Shown here: piece after piece, positions 1-9,088 of the stretch
Layout of the letters: each line of letters begins with the position of its first letter
Position numbering within the stretch: the first letter of the stretch is position 1
DNA from: Fidelibacterota bacterium
Lineage (GTDB): Bacteria > Fidelibacterota > UBA2242
Length of the DNA stretch: 26,746 nucleotides
Assembly (NCBI GenBank): GCA_016936335.1
Contig: JAFGXZ010000279.1
Coordinates: forward strand, 1-26,746
Direction of reading: 5' to 3'
Notes under the pieces: model-generated
The model's database searches: none
The model's input: the letters and a program-made list of their open reading frames with translations, nothing else
Told to the model about the DNA's origin: nothing
Program-made: the position numbers and the translations under genes

Positions 1-1
1 C

Positions 2-418
2 ATAGCCCTCCCGATGGACCTTGCGAACCAGGGTCGAATAATGACATTGAAAATCAATCTCCTCCTTCAAATAACCATGTAAACTTCGTAAAGTCCAATG
101 GGCATATCCAGCCTGATCGGGATTCTCGAGCAAGTCCTTGATTTGTCGCATCGCTTCATCCGTAATTACCGGCGGACGGCCCGACCGAGGCTGATAAATG
201 AGACCATCGATACCACGCTCATTATATAACGTAATCCAACGGTTCAAGGTGTGTACCGTGACCAAAGAGGATTTAGCAATCGTTTTCTTACTGATCCCTT
301 CAAATAATAAAAAAATCGCATTAAGACGAATGTATCCCTTTTTGGTGGGAGAGGCATCCATGGCGATCCGAATTTCTTCAATACTGGCATTCTCTGGATT
401 GGCGCTTGTCTCTCTCAC
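2..418 (-). mobile_element. IS630-family transposase, N-terminal part (runs off the window's left edge); not in the ORF track
   Basis: Manual translation from GTG at 418: MRETSANPENASIEEIRIAMDASPTKKGYIRLNAIFLLFEGISKKTIAKSSLVTVHTLNRWITLYNERGIDGLIYQPRSGRPPVIT...HWTLRSLHGYLKEEIDFQCHYSTLVRKVHREGY. The frame is open to the edge. The W-x3-YN-x2-G-x2-GL-x4-RSGRP HTH and the WTL...YSTL winged-HTH are typical of IS630/Tc1 transposases. The DDE domain lies outside the window. Confidence 0.85.
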
Positions 419-565
419 ACTTATAGCATAAGTATAATAAAATCAAAAAGCTACTTTTTTTTTCTTACATCGGACATTATTTTTGCAATTCGCTATAATA
501 ATCGTTCAGAAGATTACATATTCTGATGTAGGAAATCAACAGGAAGCTTTCGGAATTTAGGAGGT

Positions 566-1219
566 TCAGATATTTAGAATATAATAGACCGCAAAAAAGT
601 GTGTGATAGTGCCACCAAGTACAAAGAGATGCCAGACACCGTGGCCGAAAGGGATTTTTTGGAATGCATAAAAAATCGTACCCAGTGTATAAGAGAGACC
701 GCCGGAAATCAGAAAAATCAGGGATGTACGGTTCAGGATATGAATAATCTGCGGCATGGCAATGACGACCAGCCAGCCCATGGCAATGTATATAAAAACC
801 GACAGAATTCGAAACCGATGAATATAAATGCTCTTAAAAATGATCCCGATAATCGCCAGTCCCCAGATTATTCCAAACAATGTCCAGCCTAAGGTGCCGC
901 GCAGCAATACGAGTAAAAAAGGTGTATATGAGCCGGCGATAAGCAGGAATATTGCCGAATGATCAATAATTTTCAGAAATGGTTTTATTTTTGTATGCTG
1001 AATACTGTGGTATAATGTCGAAGCCAGGTACAATATCACCATTGTACAGCCGAAAATCGTATAACTGACCACATGCCAAACGTTTCCGTGTCTGGCGGCC
1101 TGAATGACGAGCAGCACCATCCCGGTAATGCTTAATAGTACACCAATTCCATGAGTAATTCCATTGACGATCTCTTCAACTGGATGATCTTGAATATATT
1201 TCAGAGAGGTTGATGACAT
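566..1219 (-). CDS. trhA: Hemolysin III family (PAQR/TrhA) membrane protein
   Basis: 217 aa, about 7 hydrophobic segments; family motifs EEIVNGITHG, ASTLYH, IDHSAIFLLIAGSYTPF, HGVWHLFV. Confidence 0.92.
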   Translation of the reverse strand: MSSTSLKYIQDHPVEEIVNGITHGIGVLLSITGMVLLVIQAARHGNVWHVVSYTIFGCTMVILYLASTLYHSIQHTKIKPFLKIIDHSAIFLLIAGSYTPFLLVLLRGTLGWTLFGIIWGLAIIGIIFKSIYIHRFRILSVFIYIAMGWLVVIAMPQIIHILNRTSLIFLISGGLSYTLGTIFYAFQKIPFGHGVWHLFVLGGTITHFFAVYYILNI

Positions 1220-1257
1220 TGTTTTACGTTTTTATTTTAATAGTTGTGAGTATGGTA

Positions 1258-2151
1258 CTATCTCGGTAATGTAATTTTAAATTTATAAGGAGATGATTCA
1301 TTTCCTATTATTAATATATTCTCACCGTCAATAAGAATAGATTTATACCGGGACGTTTTTCTTCCGATATGTTCATTATTGACGATCGTACCCAGATGAC
1401 TTCCGCAATCTAAAATGTAATATTGATTTTCGTAAAAATTGATGAGCAAGTGATTTTTGGAAATACTATACGGGACAACATCCTGAATATAAAAACCACT
1501 GTCGGAAAACATATTGTCGTTGATTGTTGATCTGGTCCGGCCAAATTTAAACGGAAAATTCTGAATGAAATGTTCTTTGTTGTTTAATAATTCTTTTGCT
1601 TTATTGGTCATTCCTGAAATTTTAATGATTCCGGGTGATGTATCTTCGGGCATTACAGATGTTTTATCAAGATTTGTAATAATTGTGGGATTGTGTGATT
1701 CAAAATCTCTGTCCCATCTAATACACAGACTTCTTGCCATCTGGTAGATTTCTTCCTTACATGAAGGTTTGGCAAGATAGAAAACATCGTGTTCCAAAAC
1801 TTCCTGAATTTGATCAATGGAACGATCACGATATCCGGTAATTATGACAATATAAATCCTGTCATCTAATTTGCGGATAGCTTCAGCTGTTTTAAGACCG
1901 TCCCATCCCGGGAGCATACGCATATCGATGAAGGCGACTGCAAAAGGGGTATTCGCATCCAAGGCCTGTCTTGCCAATTCAACTCCGGCTTGACCATGAT
2001 TTGCTGTTTTAACTGTAAAGAATCTTGAGTTGTTATCTTTAGAGAAGTGGGCTTCTGTTGGCATTGTTTCAGGAATATCCGGACTAAGAAAATCCTGATA
2101 TAAGTTTAATAAATTGATATCGTCATCAATGATCAATACCCGTCGGTTCAT
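1258..2151 (-). CDS. Response regulator receiver domain fused to a C-terminal FHA domain
   Basis: REC: VLIIDDD, AFIDMRMLPGWDG (phospho-Asp), IITGY, LAKP. FHA: FKFGR, SISKNH, ILDCGSHLGTIVN. Confidence 0.85.
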   Translation of the reverse strand: MNRRVLIIDDDINLLNLYQDFLSPDIPETMPTEAHFSKDNNSRFFTVKTANHGQAGVELARQALDANTPFAVAFIDMRMLPGWDGLKTAEAIRKLDDRIYIVIITGYRDRSIDQIQEVLEHDVFYLAKPSCKEEIYQMARSLCIRWDRDFESHNPTIITNLDKTSVMPEDTSPGIIKISGMTNKAKELLNNKEHFIQNFPFKFGRTRSTINDNMFSDSGFYIQDVVPYSISKNHLLINFYENQYYILDCGSHLGTIVNNEHIGRKTSRYKSILIDGENILIIGNESSPYKFKITLPR

Positions 2152-2312
2152 TTTGCTTTCTTAATATTCGTTAAATAAACATTTCTATCAGGAATGATAT
2201 CAAATTTGTTAAGAATTGGAGATTTTTTAAAATCTGTTCGTATAATTTTCGGATTTATTTCTGAAATAATTTAACCTTATTGTTTGCAGGGTTAACATCT
2301 TTTTTCAAACGG

Positions 2313-2341
2313 AATATAGTATCAGAATGTCAATATATCAA
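2313..2341 (-). promoter_or_regulatory. Putative sigma70 promoter upstream of the REC-FHA gene
   Basis: Minus strand TTGATA-17 nt-TATATT, about 160 nt upstream of the ATG at 2151, in an AT-rich intergenic region. Confidence 0.45.
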
Positions 2342-2426
2342 TATTGGATTTATATTCAATTTAATTCGGCGAAATATTTTGCAGTCTGAACGATTGAAGA
2401 ATCCCAAATAATTAAATTGTTCTTCT

Positions 2427-3845
2427 TCACACCGGAGATAATGACAGTTTTGTTACAACTTCAATATGCGGCGTGTGAGGGAATAGATCGACCGGCTGGA
2501 TTTTATCGATAGTGTACGGCACCAGTTCCAGCAGCATTTTAATGTCCCGGACCTGGGTGGCCGGATTACAGGATACATAGACAATGGTCCTTGGGTGTAA
2601 ATCTGCAACAATCTCTACCAATTTAGGATGCATGCCTCCTCTTGGTGGATCGATGATCAGAATGTCTGGTTTAGGAAGATCGTTAAGCAGATCCGGATTA
2701 TTCAGAAACAATTTATCCAGATCGCCTTCGATGAAGCGGGCGTTATGAATGGTATTCAGTGACGCGTTAATGTGAGCGTCTTTGACGGCATCTTTTACGA
2801 TTTCAAAACCGATAATCGCTTTGGCCTTTCTGGCTAGATAGAGCGCAATACTACCGGTGCCGCAGTATAAATCCCAAACTATGTCCTGTTCGGAACTTCC
2901 GGCGGAATCCCTGACAATGTTGTACAATTTTTCCGCCATTACCGTATTAGTCTGGAAAAATGAGGCCGGGGATATTTTGAATGTCAAGTCGCCAAGAATT
3001 TCAAGAATATGATCGTCACCAAAAAGCGTGTATTGCTTTTCGCCAACCGTTGTTCCGGACCAGCTCCGGGAAATGGTATTGACGACACAGCTGAGATTAT
3101 CGAGGCTTGTTTGAAGTTCATTCACCAGGGGTTGGAAAATCGCATGCCGATCATCGTTGGTGACGATATTGATCATCAGCTGGTTTGTAATGAAGGCTTT
3201 GCGCAGGACCAGGTGTCGCAGAAATCCGGTATGATTTTTTTGATTGTAAGCGACCAGCTGATTGGCCAGCGCGAATTCCCGAACAGCCGTCAATACGATC
3301 GCAGTCTCTTCCGGAGCGATCAGGCAGTCGTTCAGGTCAATGGCTTTCCAATAATTTCCCGGAGCCCGCAATCCAAGTGCAAAATTCTCCGGCTTATCGG
3401 CCTCAAAATCGTCGATTAGCCAGCGTTTTTCGGAAAATGCAAATTCCATTTTATTTCGATAACGAAAGATGCTTTGTGAAGGAATGGGCTGTAGCACTTC
3501 AACGGGGCCGAAACCGCCAAGGTGACAGTAAAGATCGATAATCTGGCGGTGAAGATATTTTAACTGGGTTTTATAGTCAAGATGCTGATGTGTGCAACCG
3601 CCGCAATGATCAAAATAGACACAAGGTGCCTCACGATATTCGGGGCTTTGTTCGACAATGTCCAGGATTTTAGCTTCGGCGAAGCTGGATTTAACTTTCG
3701 TTATTCTGGCAGTGATCTTCTGGCCGGGGACGGCATTTTTCACAAAGATAACGAAGTCTTCAATATGTGCTATTCCGTCTCCGCCATAGGCCAAATCGGT
3801 GATTGATAATTCAATTTCCTGATGTTTTTTGACCGGTTTTTCCAT
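2427..3845 (-). CDS. rlmD: 23S rRNA (uracil-1939-C5)-methyltransferase RlmD
   Basis: TRAM N-terminus (ITDLAYGGDGIA); Fe-S motif CVYFDHCGGC plus DCL; SFFQTN; DLYCGTGSI; IDPPRGG; YVSCNPATQ; VDLFPHTPHIE. Confidence 0.95.
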   Translation of the reverse strand: MEKPVKKHQEIELSITDLAYGGDGIAHIEDFVIFVKNAVPGQKITARITKVKSSFAEAKILDIVEQSPEYREAPCVYFDHCGGCTHQHLDYKTQLKYLHRQIIDLYCHLGGFGPVEVLQPIPSQSIFRYRNKMEFAFSEKRWLIDDFEADKPENFALGLRAPGNYWKAIDLNDCLIAPEETAIVLTAVREFALANQLVAYNQKNHTGFLRHLVLRKAFITNQLMINIVTNDDRHAIFQPLVNELQTSLDNLSCVVNTISRSWSGTTVGEKQYTLFGDDHILEILGDLTFKISPASFFQTNTVMAEKLYNIVRDSAGSSEQDIVWDLYCGTGSIALYLARKAKAIIGFEIVKDAVKDAHINASLNTIHNARFIEGDLDKLFLNNPDLLNDLPKPDILIIDPPRGGMHPKLVEIVADLHPRTIVYVSCNPATQVRDIKMLLELVPYTIDKIQPVDLFPHTPHIEVVTKLSLSPV

Positions 3846-3886
3846 CGGGGCATAATATAGGGAATGAATGGATTGGGAGAAAATTA

Positions 3887-5608
3887 TTATTGGACTATTT
3901 TTGGATCGATGTCATCGATTTGGGAGGGATCCATATTTTCTTGGGCGTATTTCAGGTAGAGTTTTTCCTGAACAAAAATCTTGAACAATTCAGGATCGAT
4001 ATGTTTATCCTTGGCCATAAAACCCATAATCTTCATTGCCTCGGCGAGTGTTTTGCCCTTTTTGTATGGTCGATCGCGGGCAGTGAGCGCCTCGAATATA
4101 TCCGCCAATGCCATCATGCGGGCCTGAGGCGACAGTTGCTCTTCTTTGAGACCGTTCGGATAACCGGTTCCGTCGAGCTTTTCGTGATGTCCGCCGGCAT
4201 ATTCGGGAACCCGCTGAAGTTTTTTCGGATAGGGTAGTTTTTCCAGCATTTTAATGGTCATTACCACATGGTGGTTGATGATTTCCCGTTCTTCATTGGT
4301 GAGTGTGCCCCTGGGAATGCAGAGATTGAGAATTTCATTTTCATCCAGCAGTTCGCGGGTTTCGTTGTTCAATTCAATTTTTTGCTGCCCGATTTCTTTG
4401 ACACGATCCTGTTTTTCCGGAGCCATGTATTCACCGCCAATATTGGCTGTTTCAATAAACGCCAGATCATCGTCAATGGTCTGAATTCTCATCTGGTAAT
4501 TTTCCTCAACGGATTCGATATTTTCCAGAGATTCACCTTTAGCAACTTTAAGTTGGTGTTCCAGTAGTTTAATTTTTTCGTCGCGTTTCAATATCTCAAA
4601 CCGGGCTTTGACAGTATTGATCCGATCGTAGATAGTTTCCAGTTTGGTGGATTTATCAACGACGTATTCAGGCGTTGTAATTTTTCCGATATCGTGCATC
4701 CACGAGGCAATGCGCAGCTCCTTCAATTCGTCCTGATTCAGGAAAAGTGGTGCATACACACCGTAATCGATGTTATTGATATTTTCCGCGATCATCATCG
4801 TCAGTTTCGCAACGCGTTCAATATGACCACCGGTGTATGGTGATTTTTCATCAATTGCCGACGCAATTACCTGGATGAAAGATTCCAGGAGTAATTCCAG
4901 GTCATGAATCAGGCGGGTATTGGTAATGGCGACAGCCGCCTGAGACGCGAGAGAAATAATCAGACCCTGATCGGCATTTGTGAAGGGAATGGGCTCATTG
5001 GAAATAGGATCAAGAGCATTTAGTAATTGTAATACACCGATAATTTCATCTTCGTGATTACGCATGGGAACCACAAGCATGGACTTGGAACGATAACCGG
5101 TCTTACTGTCAAATGCCCGGGTGCCGGTGAAATCAAAGCCCTGGACATCGTAAACATCAGGAATATTGACAACTTCACCTGACAGGCCGACATGTGCTGA
5201 AACCATGGCATGATTTGGTGTTCCATCCTGAAGATACAGACGCACAGGGTACCAATCGATTGTTTTTCCGGAGGTACCGCCCATTCGAATATTCAGAGAA
5301 CTAGTCTGAACGATTTCAAACCGGAGCGAAAGCCCGTCATCATTCACCATATAAAGAGTGCCGCCGTCGGCGTTGGTAAAATGCCGGGCTTCTTCGAGAA
5401 TCATTTCAAGCAGTTTCGGCAGATTCCGTTCAGCGGACAGCGCCGCTCCGATTTTTGATAAATCCTGTATCTGACTGCAAAGCGCCGATAAATATTGCTG
5501 AACTTCTTCAGGACTTTCCTGAATTTTTTTCCGCAATTCGTTATTTTCAATCTGGCACAACAGATCAGATTCCATGATTTTTTTACTTTTGTTCGGACTT
5601 GAATTCAT
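3887..5608 (-). CDS. GAF domain plus HD-GYP cyclic-dinucleotide phosphodiesterase
   Basis: GAF (ADGGTLY...SMLVVPM...IIGVLQLLN); HD-GYP motifs YTGGHIERV, MHDIGK, HHEKLDGTGYPNGL, DIFEALT-RDRPYK, with a roughly 120-aa helical insertion after the HD motif. Confidence 0.92.
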   Translation of the reverse strand: MNSSPNKSKKIMESDLLCQIENNELRKKIQESPEEVQQYLSALCSQIQDLSKIGAALSAERNLPKLLEMILEEARHFTNADGGTLYMVNDDGLSLRFEIVQTSSLNIRMGGTSGKTIDWYPVRLYLQDGTPNHAMVSAHVGLSGEVVNIPDVYDVQGFDFTGTRAFDSKTGYRSKSMLVVPMRNHEDEIIGVLQLLNALDPISNEPIPFTNADQGLIISLASQAAVAITNTRLIHDLELLLESFIQVIASAIDEKSPYTGGHIERVAKLTMMIAENINNIDYGVYAPLFLNQDELKELRIASWMHDIGKITTPEYVVDKSTKLETIYDRINTVKARFEILKRDEKIKLLEHQLKVAKGESLENIESVEENYQMRIQTIDDDLAFIETANIGGEYMAPEKQDRVKEIGQQKIELNNETRELLDENEILNLCIPRGTLTNEEREIINHHVVMTIKMLEKLPYPKKLQRVPEYAGGHHEKLDGTGYPNGLKEEQLSPQARMMALADIFEALTARDRPYKKGKTLAEAMKIMGFMAKDKHIDPELFKIFVQEKLYLKYAQENMDPSQIDDIDPKIVQ

Positions 5609-5659
5609 TGTTCGAATTTTATCTAATTTGTATTGATTTCAAAAAGAAAAATTGGTTTG

Positions 5660-8600
5660 TTATTTATTTATCATGATTCGTTTGGCGGTTTGCCTGATCC
5701 AGTCTCCAAGTTTGACATCCTTCTTCTCTGTTAGTAACCAAATCAGTAAAATTGTTACAATGCACAAAACTGACAGGGCGCCGGCATAGCTTCTGGGAGT
5801 TCTGGATGCAATCAGGTTCTCGGAAAATTTCACTGCTGTAAAAATCAAACCGGAATACAAATATGCGGGGATGTTATTTCGTAAAAAGCAGACAATCGCA
5901 ATCCATAACCAGACAATAATCGCCGCGTAGGAAATGTAAAGGACAATGTACTCGCGAATGGTATCATAGGAATCGGGAATGAAAACAGCGAGGGACAGAG
6001 CAACGATAATATATTGAATCGATTGACGCGGGATGATTTTCCGAATCCAGAATATTCCGACGCCGGCAACAGCCGCTAAGATAAATCCACGACTGACAAT
6101 TGACAAAATTGCGTATAATGGAGCTAAAATATAATTGATCGAATGAGGCATCTGAAAATCCGGTTGAATAACCGCTGGCGCAACATTGAATGCCAGCCGG
6201 TAGCTCAAATGCTGAATTGCATAAATTCCGACGCTGATTAGAATTGCGGAAAAAACAGCATCCCGGGAAAAGTGATATCGGCAGTCTCGTTTTAATGTCG
6301 TTAGACATTTGGGATATATCGATAAAACCAGAGTTGTCAGCAGAAATATAATCAGGGTAATCACGAGGATCCGAAGCAGCGTTATCAGTACCCAGAAAAC
6401 CGTCCAGACCTGAATTCCCCAGCTGGTATTATAATTAATCAGGGCGAGTGGATAATTGGCCAATTCCAGGATTAGCCAGCCGCCCCCCAATAGGATACTG
6501 ATCATCAGCGGTGTTTTCCATTCAATAGTCACAGATTTCATTTGCCGGGTCAATACCATAAACGAAACAAAAGCAATCAGACACAACACGGCGATCTGGA
6601 TCGCCAGTCGCAGGGAATCAAAAAGCGTTTTCCGGGTTTTGGCATGTTCCCATTCTTCGGGGATTTTGTAAAAAATTGTAAAGCTTGAAACCGCATCGCC
6701 GGTAACGATGGTTTTAAAACGCAGAGTTCCATCGCCAACGTTGGCCGGATGAAGGTCTTTCGCTTCCCAGATAAAAGTATGTTCGATACGGTTTGGTAGC
6801 TGTCGTGAATAATCTTCAACGAGTTCAAAATCGGACAGGCGCAAGTTCCGACTACTTAGAAATTCTTTTGCCCGGAAGCAGGCGGCGTCTTTATCGATAG
6901 AAAACGCTTCAGCGGATTCCGGAAGAAGGTGATCAAAACCCACCACGGATTTTTCGCCGGGATGAATGTAAATATTGTATTCTTCTTTTTCCAGCGGTCG
7001 GTAGAATCTGACTCTCCAGACTACTGAATTATTGAGGTGCCGAGCCAGAATGGAGTTAAAATTTTTAACAGTGCTGTTTTCAAGGATATAGCGTCCATTT
7101 AAATTGGAGTAATTATTGATCAACACCATGGTGTTTTTAAAATTGTCCGGATCAACGCCTTTGTCCCGTAAAAAATCTGTTGCGGTTTGTTTGATTTCCG
7201 AACGGGGTATGGAATACTTATAATAATCACCGATTTTTTCAAAAGGAATCCACAGTACAGCAGTAAATATCAGAATCAGGATCAGGATTGTTTTCAGTCG
7301 TCGAGGCGTTAATTTTTGATACGCGGTGACGTATAAGTGGCAGGCTTTCTCCGGTTCTTTCGGTTCCGGTTTTAGGGGCGGACTGAATGCGGACAACAGG
7401 GGTTCGGAATCGGCAAATCCTCGGTTTTTCAGGTACATGATAATGTTGTACAGCAACGGGATCAAAATAATACCCAATGCAATGGAAGCGCTGATTACAT
7501 GATAGGGTTCGCCGGTTCTGAGCAGCAGCATGGATGAATAGATTGCATCGACCATATAGTGCCATACCAGAACCGTCAGAATCCCAAATTTCAGAAAAAT
7601 AAAACCGATGATAATACCAAAAACAGACACTTCAAAACCACGAATCCAGAATGGCTGATTGGGATAATTGGCATGGGCAAATCCCCAGATCACAGCCGGT
7701 ATCAAAACAGCCAGGATTTTGGATTTAAGCAGTTTTTCAATGAACGGGATTGCAAAAAGGCGGAAAGAAAATTCTTCAAGTACAGCCGGCAGAAAACCAC
7801 CGATAAGAATCAGTATCCATGGGAAAGCAGTATTCAGTGTGTCTGAGTAAGAGATGTTGGCCGGGGCCCAGGCCCCAAATCGTTTTGCAGTCAAATAGAA
7901 AATTGTCTGAAATGCCATAAACACTATTGCCAGCGTAATTCCGAGCGAAATACTGAAAAAGGTGTGTTTTGTCTGCAACCCTTTTCGAGAAAAAAGCCGA
8001 GCAAGCGGAATTCGATTGGGATAACTCCGGGCATAGATTAATTCACCAGCTCCGGTGAGAACGGTTATAATTAATCCCAGCAGTAGTGACTGGATAAAAA
8101 GATTGATGAAAAAATCACTGTAAAAGGCCCCAATACTCTGATTGATATCCAGATGAAATTTATAAAGGGGCAACAGGTTGAGTTCGGACAAAAATTTCAG
8201 CACAAAGGTCAGTAGTCCGAAAGTTGCCGAGGTTTTAATATTTACCTGTTTTCGGCCCAGATAGATAATAAAGAATGTGGCGATAACGATCATCAGAATG
8301 ATAAAGAAAACATCGGCGGTGGTGGCGGTAGTGGCGTTCAGTGAACGCAGACGCTGATAACTCCGCTGCCAGTTTTCGGGAACATGCAGGTATTCCCGGT
8401 ATTCGCCAATTTTATTTCCCTGAATCATAACGTCAAAACGGTAGGTGGCGTCGTATATTTCTACGGATTTGTTTTTATAGGTAAAGCGATAATCCACCCG
8501 ATTGGGTTTTACTTCGGTTCTATCTTCAATGAATTCCCATTCGTCGGGATTGATCCGGACGATCGCGGTTAAAAATTGATGACTTAATCGCCGTGCCTCA

Positions 8601-9040
8601 TCAATTGACAGAAGATCAGCGGCAACCTCTTCGGGAATTTTGTGCAGAAACTGAGTAACTTCGCCTTTTGGGGTGACCCCGACCAAAATTTCTTCACGGT
8701 TCAGTGGCTCGAACCAGCGATTGGTCCACTGCCAGATTCGAAAGTGATTGGTCAGTAAATCGTCGGCATCCTCCAGTCCGACCTCTTTTTCGACAAATGT
8801 TTTTGCCGTGTTGTCAAATTCAAACGCGGAAGCGTGAATTTTTGGGCCGGGATCAATATCCATTTTTGCCAGAAAGTCCAGTGCAATGTTCCGGGCTTCT
8901 TTCCGATTGACCTGGAAGTCAATGGCATGTTCAGGAAAGGCCCGATGGTAGTTAGACAATTCAAAATATCCGGCGCCTGCGATAGCCAGCAGACAAATCA
9001 GAATCAGAAGAAAATCTTTGGATTGAAGTCTTGTATTCAC
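5660..9040 (-). CDS. Large multi-pass membrane protein with a CPBP (CAAX/Rce1-like) glutamic protease domain and an internal duplication
   Basis: 1126 aa, GTG start. CPBP motifs LEEFSFR (E422 at nt 7775-7777), WGFAH and WHYMVD are present. Two related ectodomain-plus-TM modules are joined by a Pro-rich linker (SPPLKPEPKEPEK). Confidence 0.85.
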   Translation of the reverse strand: MNTRLQSKDFLLILICLLAIAGAGYFELSNYHRAFPEHAIDFQVNRKEARNIALDFLAKMDIDPGPKIHASAFEFDNTAKTFVEKEVGLEDADDLLTNHFRIWQWTNRWFEPLNREEILVGVTPKGEVTQFLHKIPEEVAADLLSIDEARRLSHQFLTAIVRINPDEWEFIEDRTEVKPNRVDYRFTYKNKSVEIYDATYRFDVMIQGNKIGEYREYLHVPENWQRSYQRLRSLNATTATTADVFFIILMIVIATFFIIYLGRKQVNIKTSATFGLLTFVLKFLSELNLLPLYKFHLDINQSIGAFYSDFFINLFIQSLLLGLIITVLTGAGELIYARSYPNRIPLARLFSRKGLQTKHTFFSISLGITLAIVFMAFQTIFYLTAKRFGAWAPANISYSDTLNTAFPWILILIGGFLPAVLEEFSFRLFAIPFIEKLLKSKILAVLIPAVIWGFAHANYPNQPFWIRGFEVSVFGIIIGFIFLKFGILTVLVWHYMVDAIYSSMLLLRTGEPYHVISASIALGIILIPLLYNIIMYLKNRGFADSEPLLSAFSPPLKPEPKEPEKACHLYVTAYQKLTPRRLKTILILILIFTAVLWIPFEKIGDYYKYSIPRSEIKQTATDFLRDKGVDPDNFKNTMVLINNYSNLNGRYILENSTVKNFNSILARHLNNSVVWRVRFYRPLEKEEYNIYIHPGEKSVVGFDHLLPESAEAFSIDKDAACFRAKEFLSSRNLRLSDFELVEDYSRQLPNRIEHTFIWEAKDLHPANVGDGTLRFKTIVTGDAVSSFTIFYKIPEEWEHAKTRKTLFDSLRLAIQIAVLCLIAFVSFMVLTRQMKSVTIEWKTPLMISILLGGGWLILELANYPLALINYNTSWGIQVWTVFWVLITLLRILVITLIIFLLTTLVLSIYPKCLTTLKRDCRYHFSRDAVFSAILISVGIYAIQHLSYRLAFNVAPAVIQPDFQMPHSINYILAPLYAILSIVSRGFILAAVAGVGIFWIRKIIPRQSIQYIIVALSLAVFIPDSYDTIREYIVLYISYAAIIVWLWIAIVCFLRNNIPAYLYSGLIFTAVKFSENLIASRTPRSYAGALSVLCIVTILLIWLLTEKKDVKLGDWIRQTAKRIMINK

Positions 9041-9088
9041 GTTAACTAATATAATAAATTTTGAGAAAATAACAGGTCAATAAAATGA

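Noticed and set aside
198-431. 77-aa plus-strand ORF
   Set aside because: It is the antisense shadow of the IS630 transposase frame, with no recognisable motifs.
566-1219. Hemolysin III as a virulence toxin
   Set aside because: The family is widespread in non-pathogens and linked to membrane homeostasis; the name alone is not evidence of toxicity.
5660-9040. CPBP ('Abi') domain as an abortive-infection defence gene
   Set aside because: The Abi label of this family is historical; nothing in the neighbourhood indicates a defence island.
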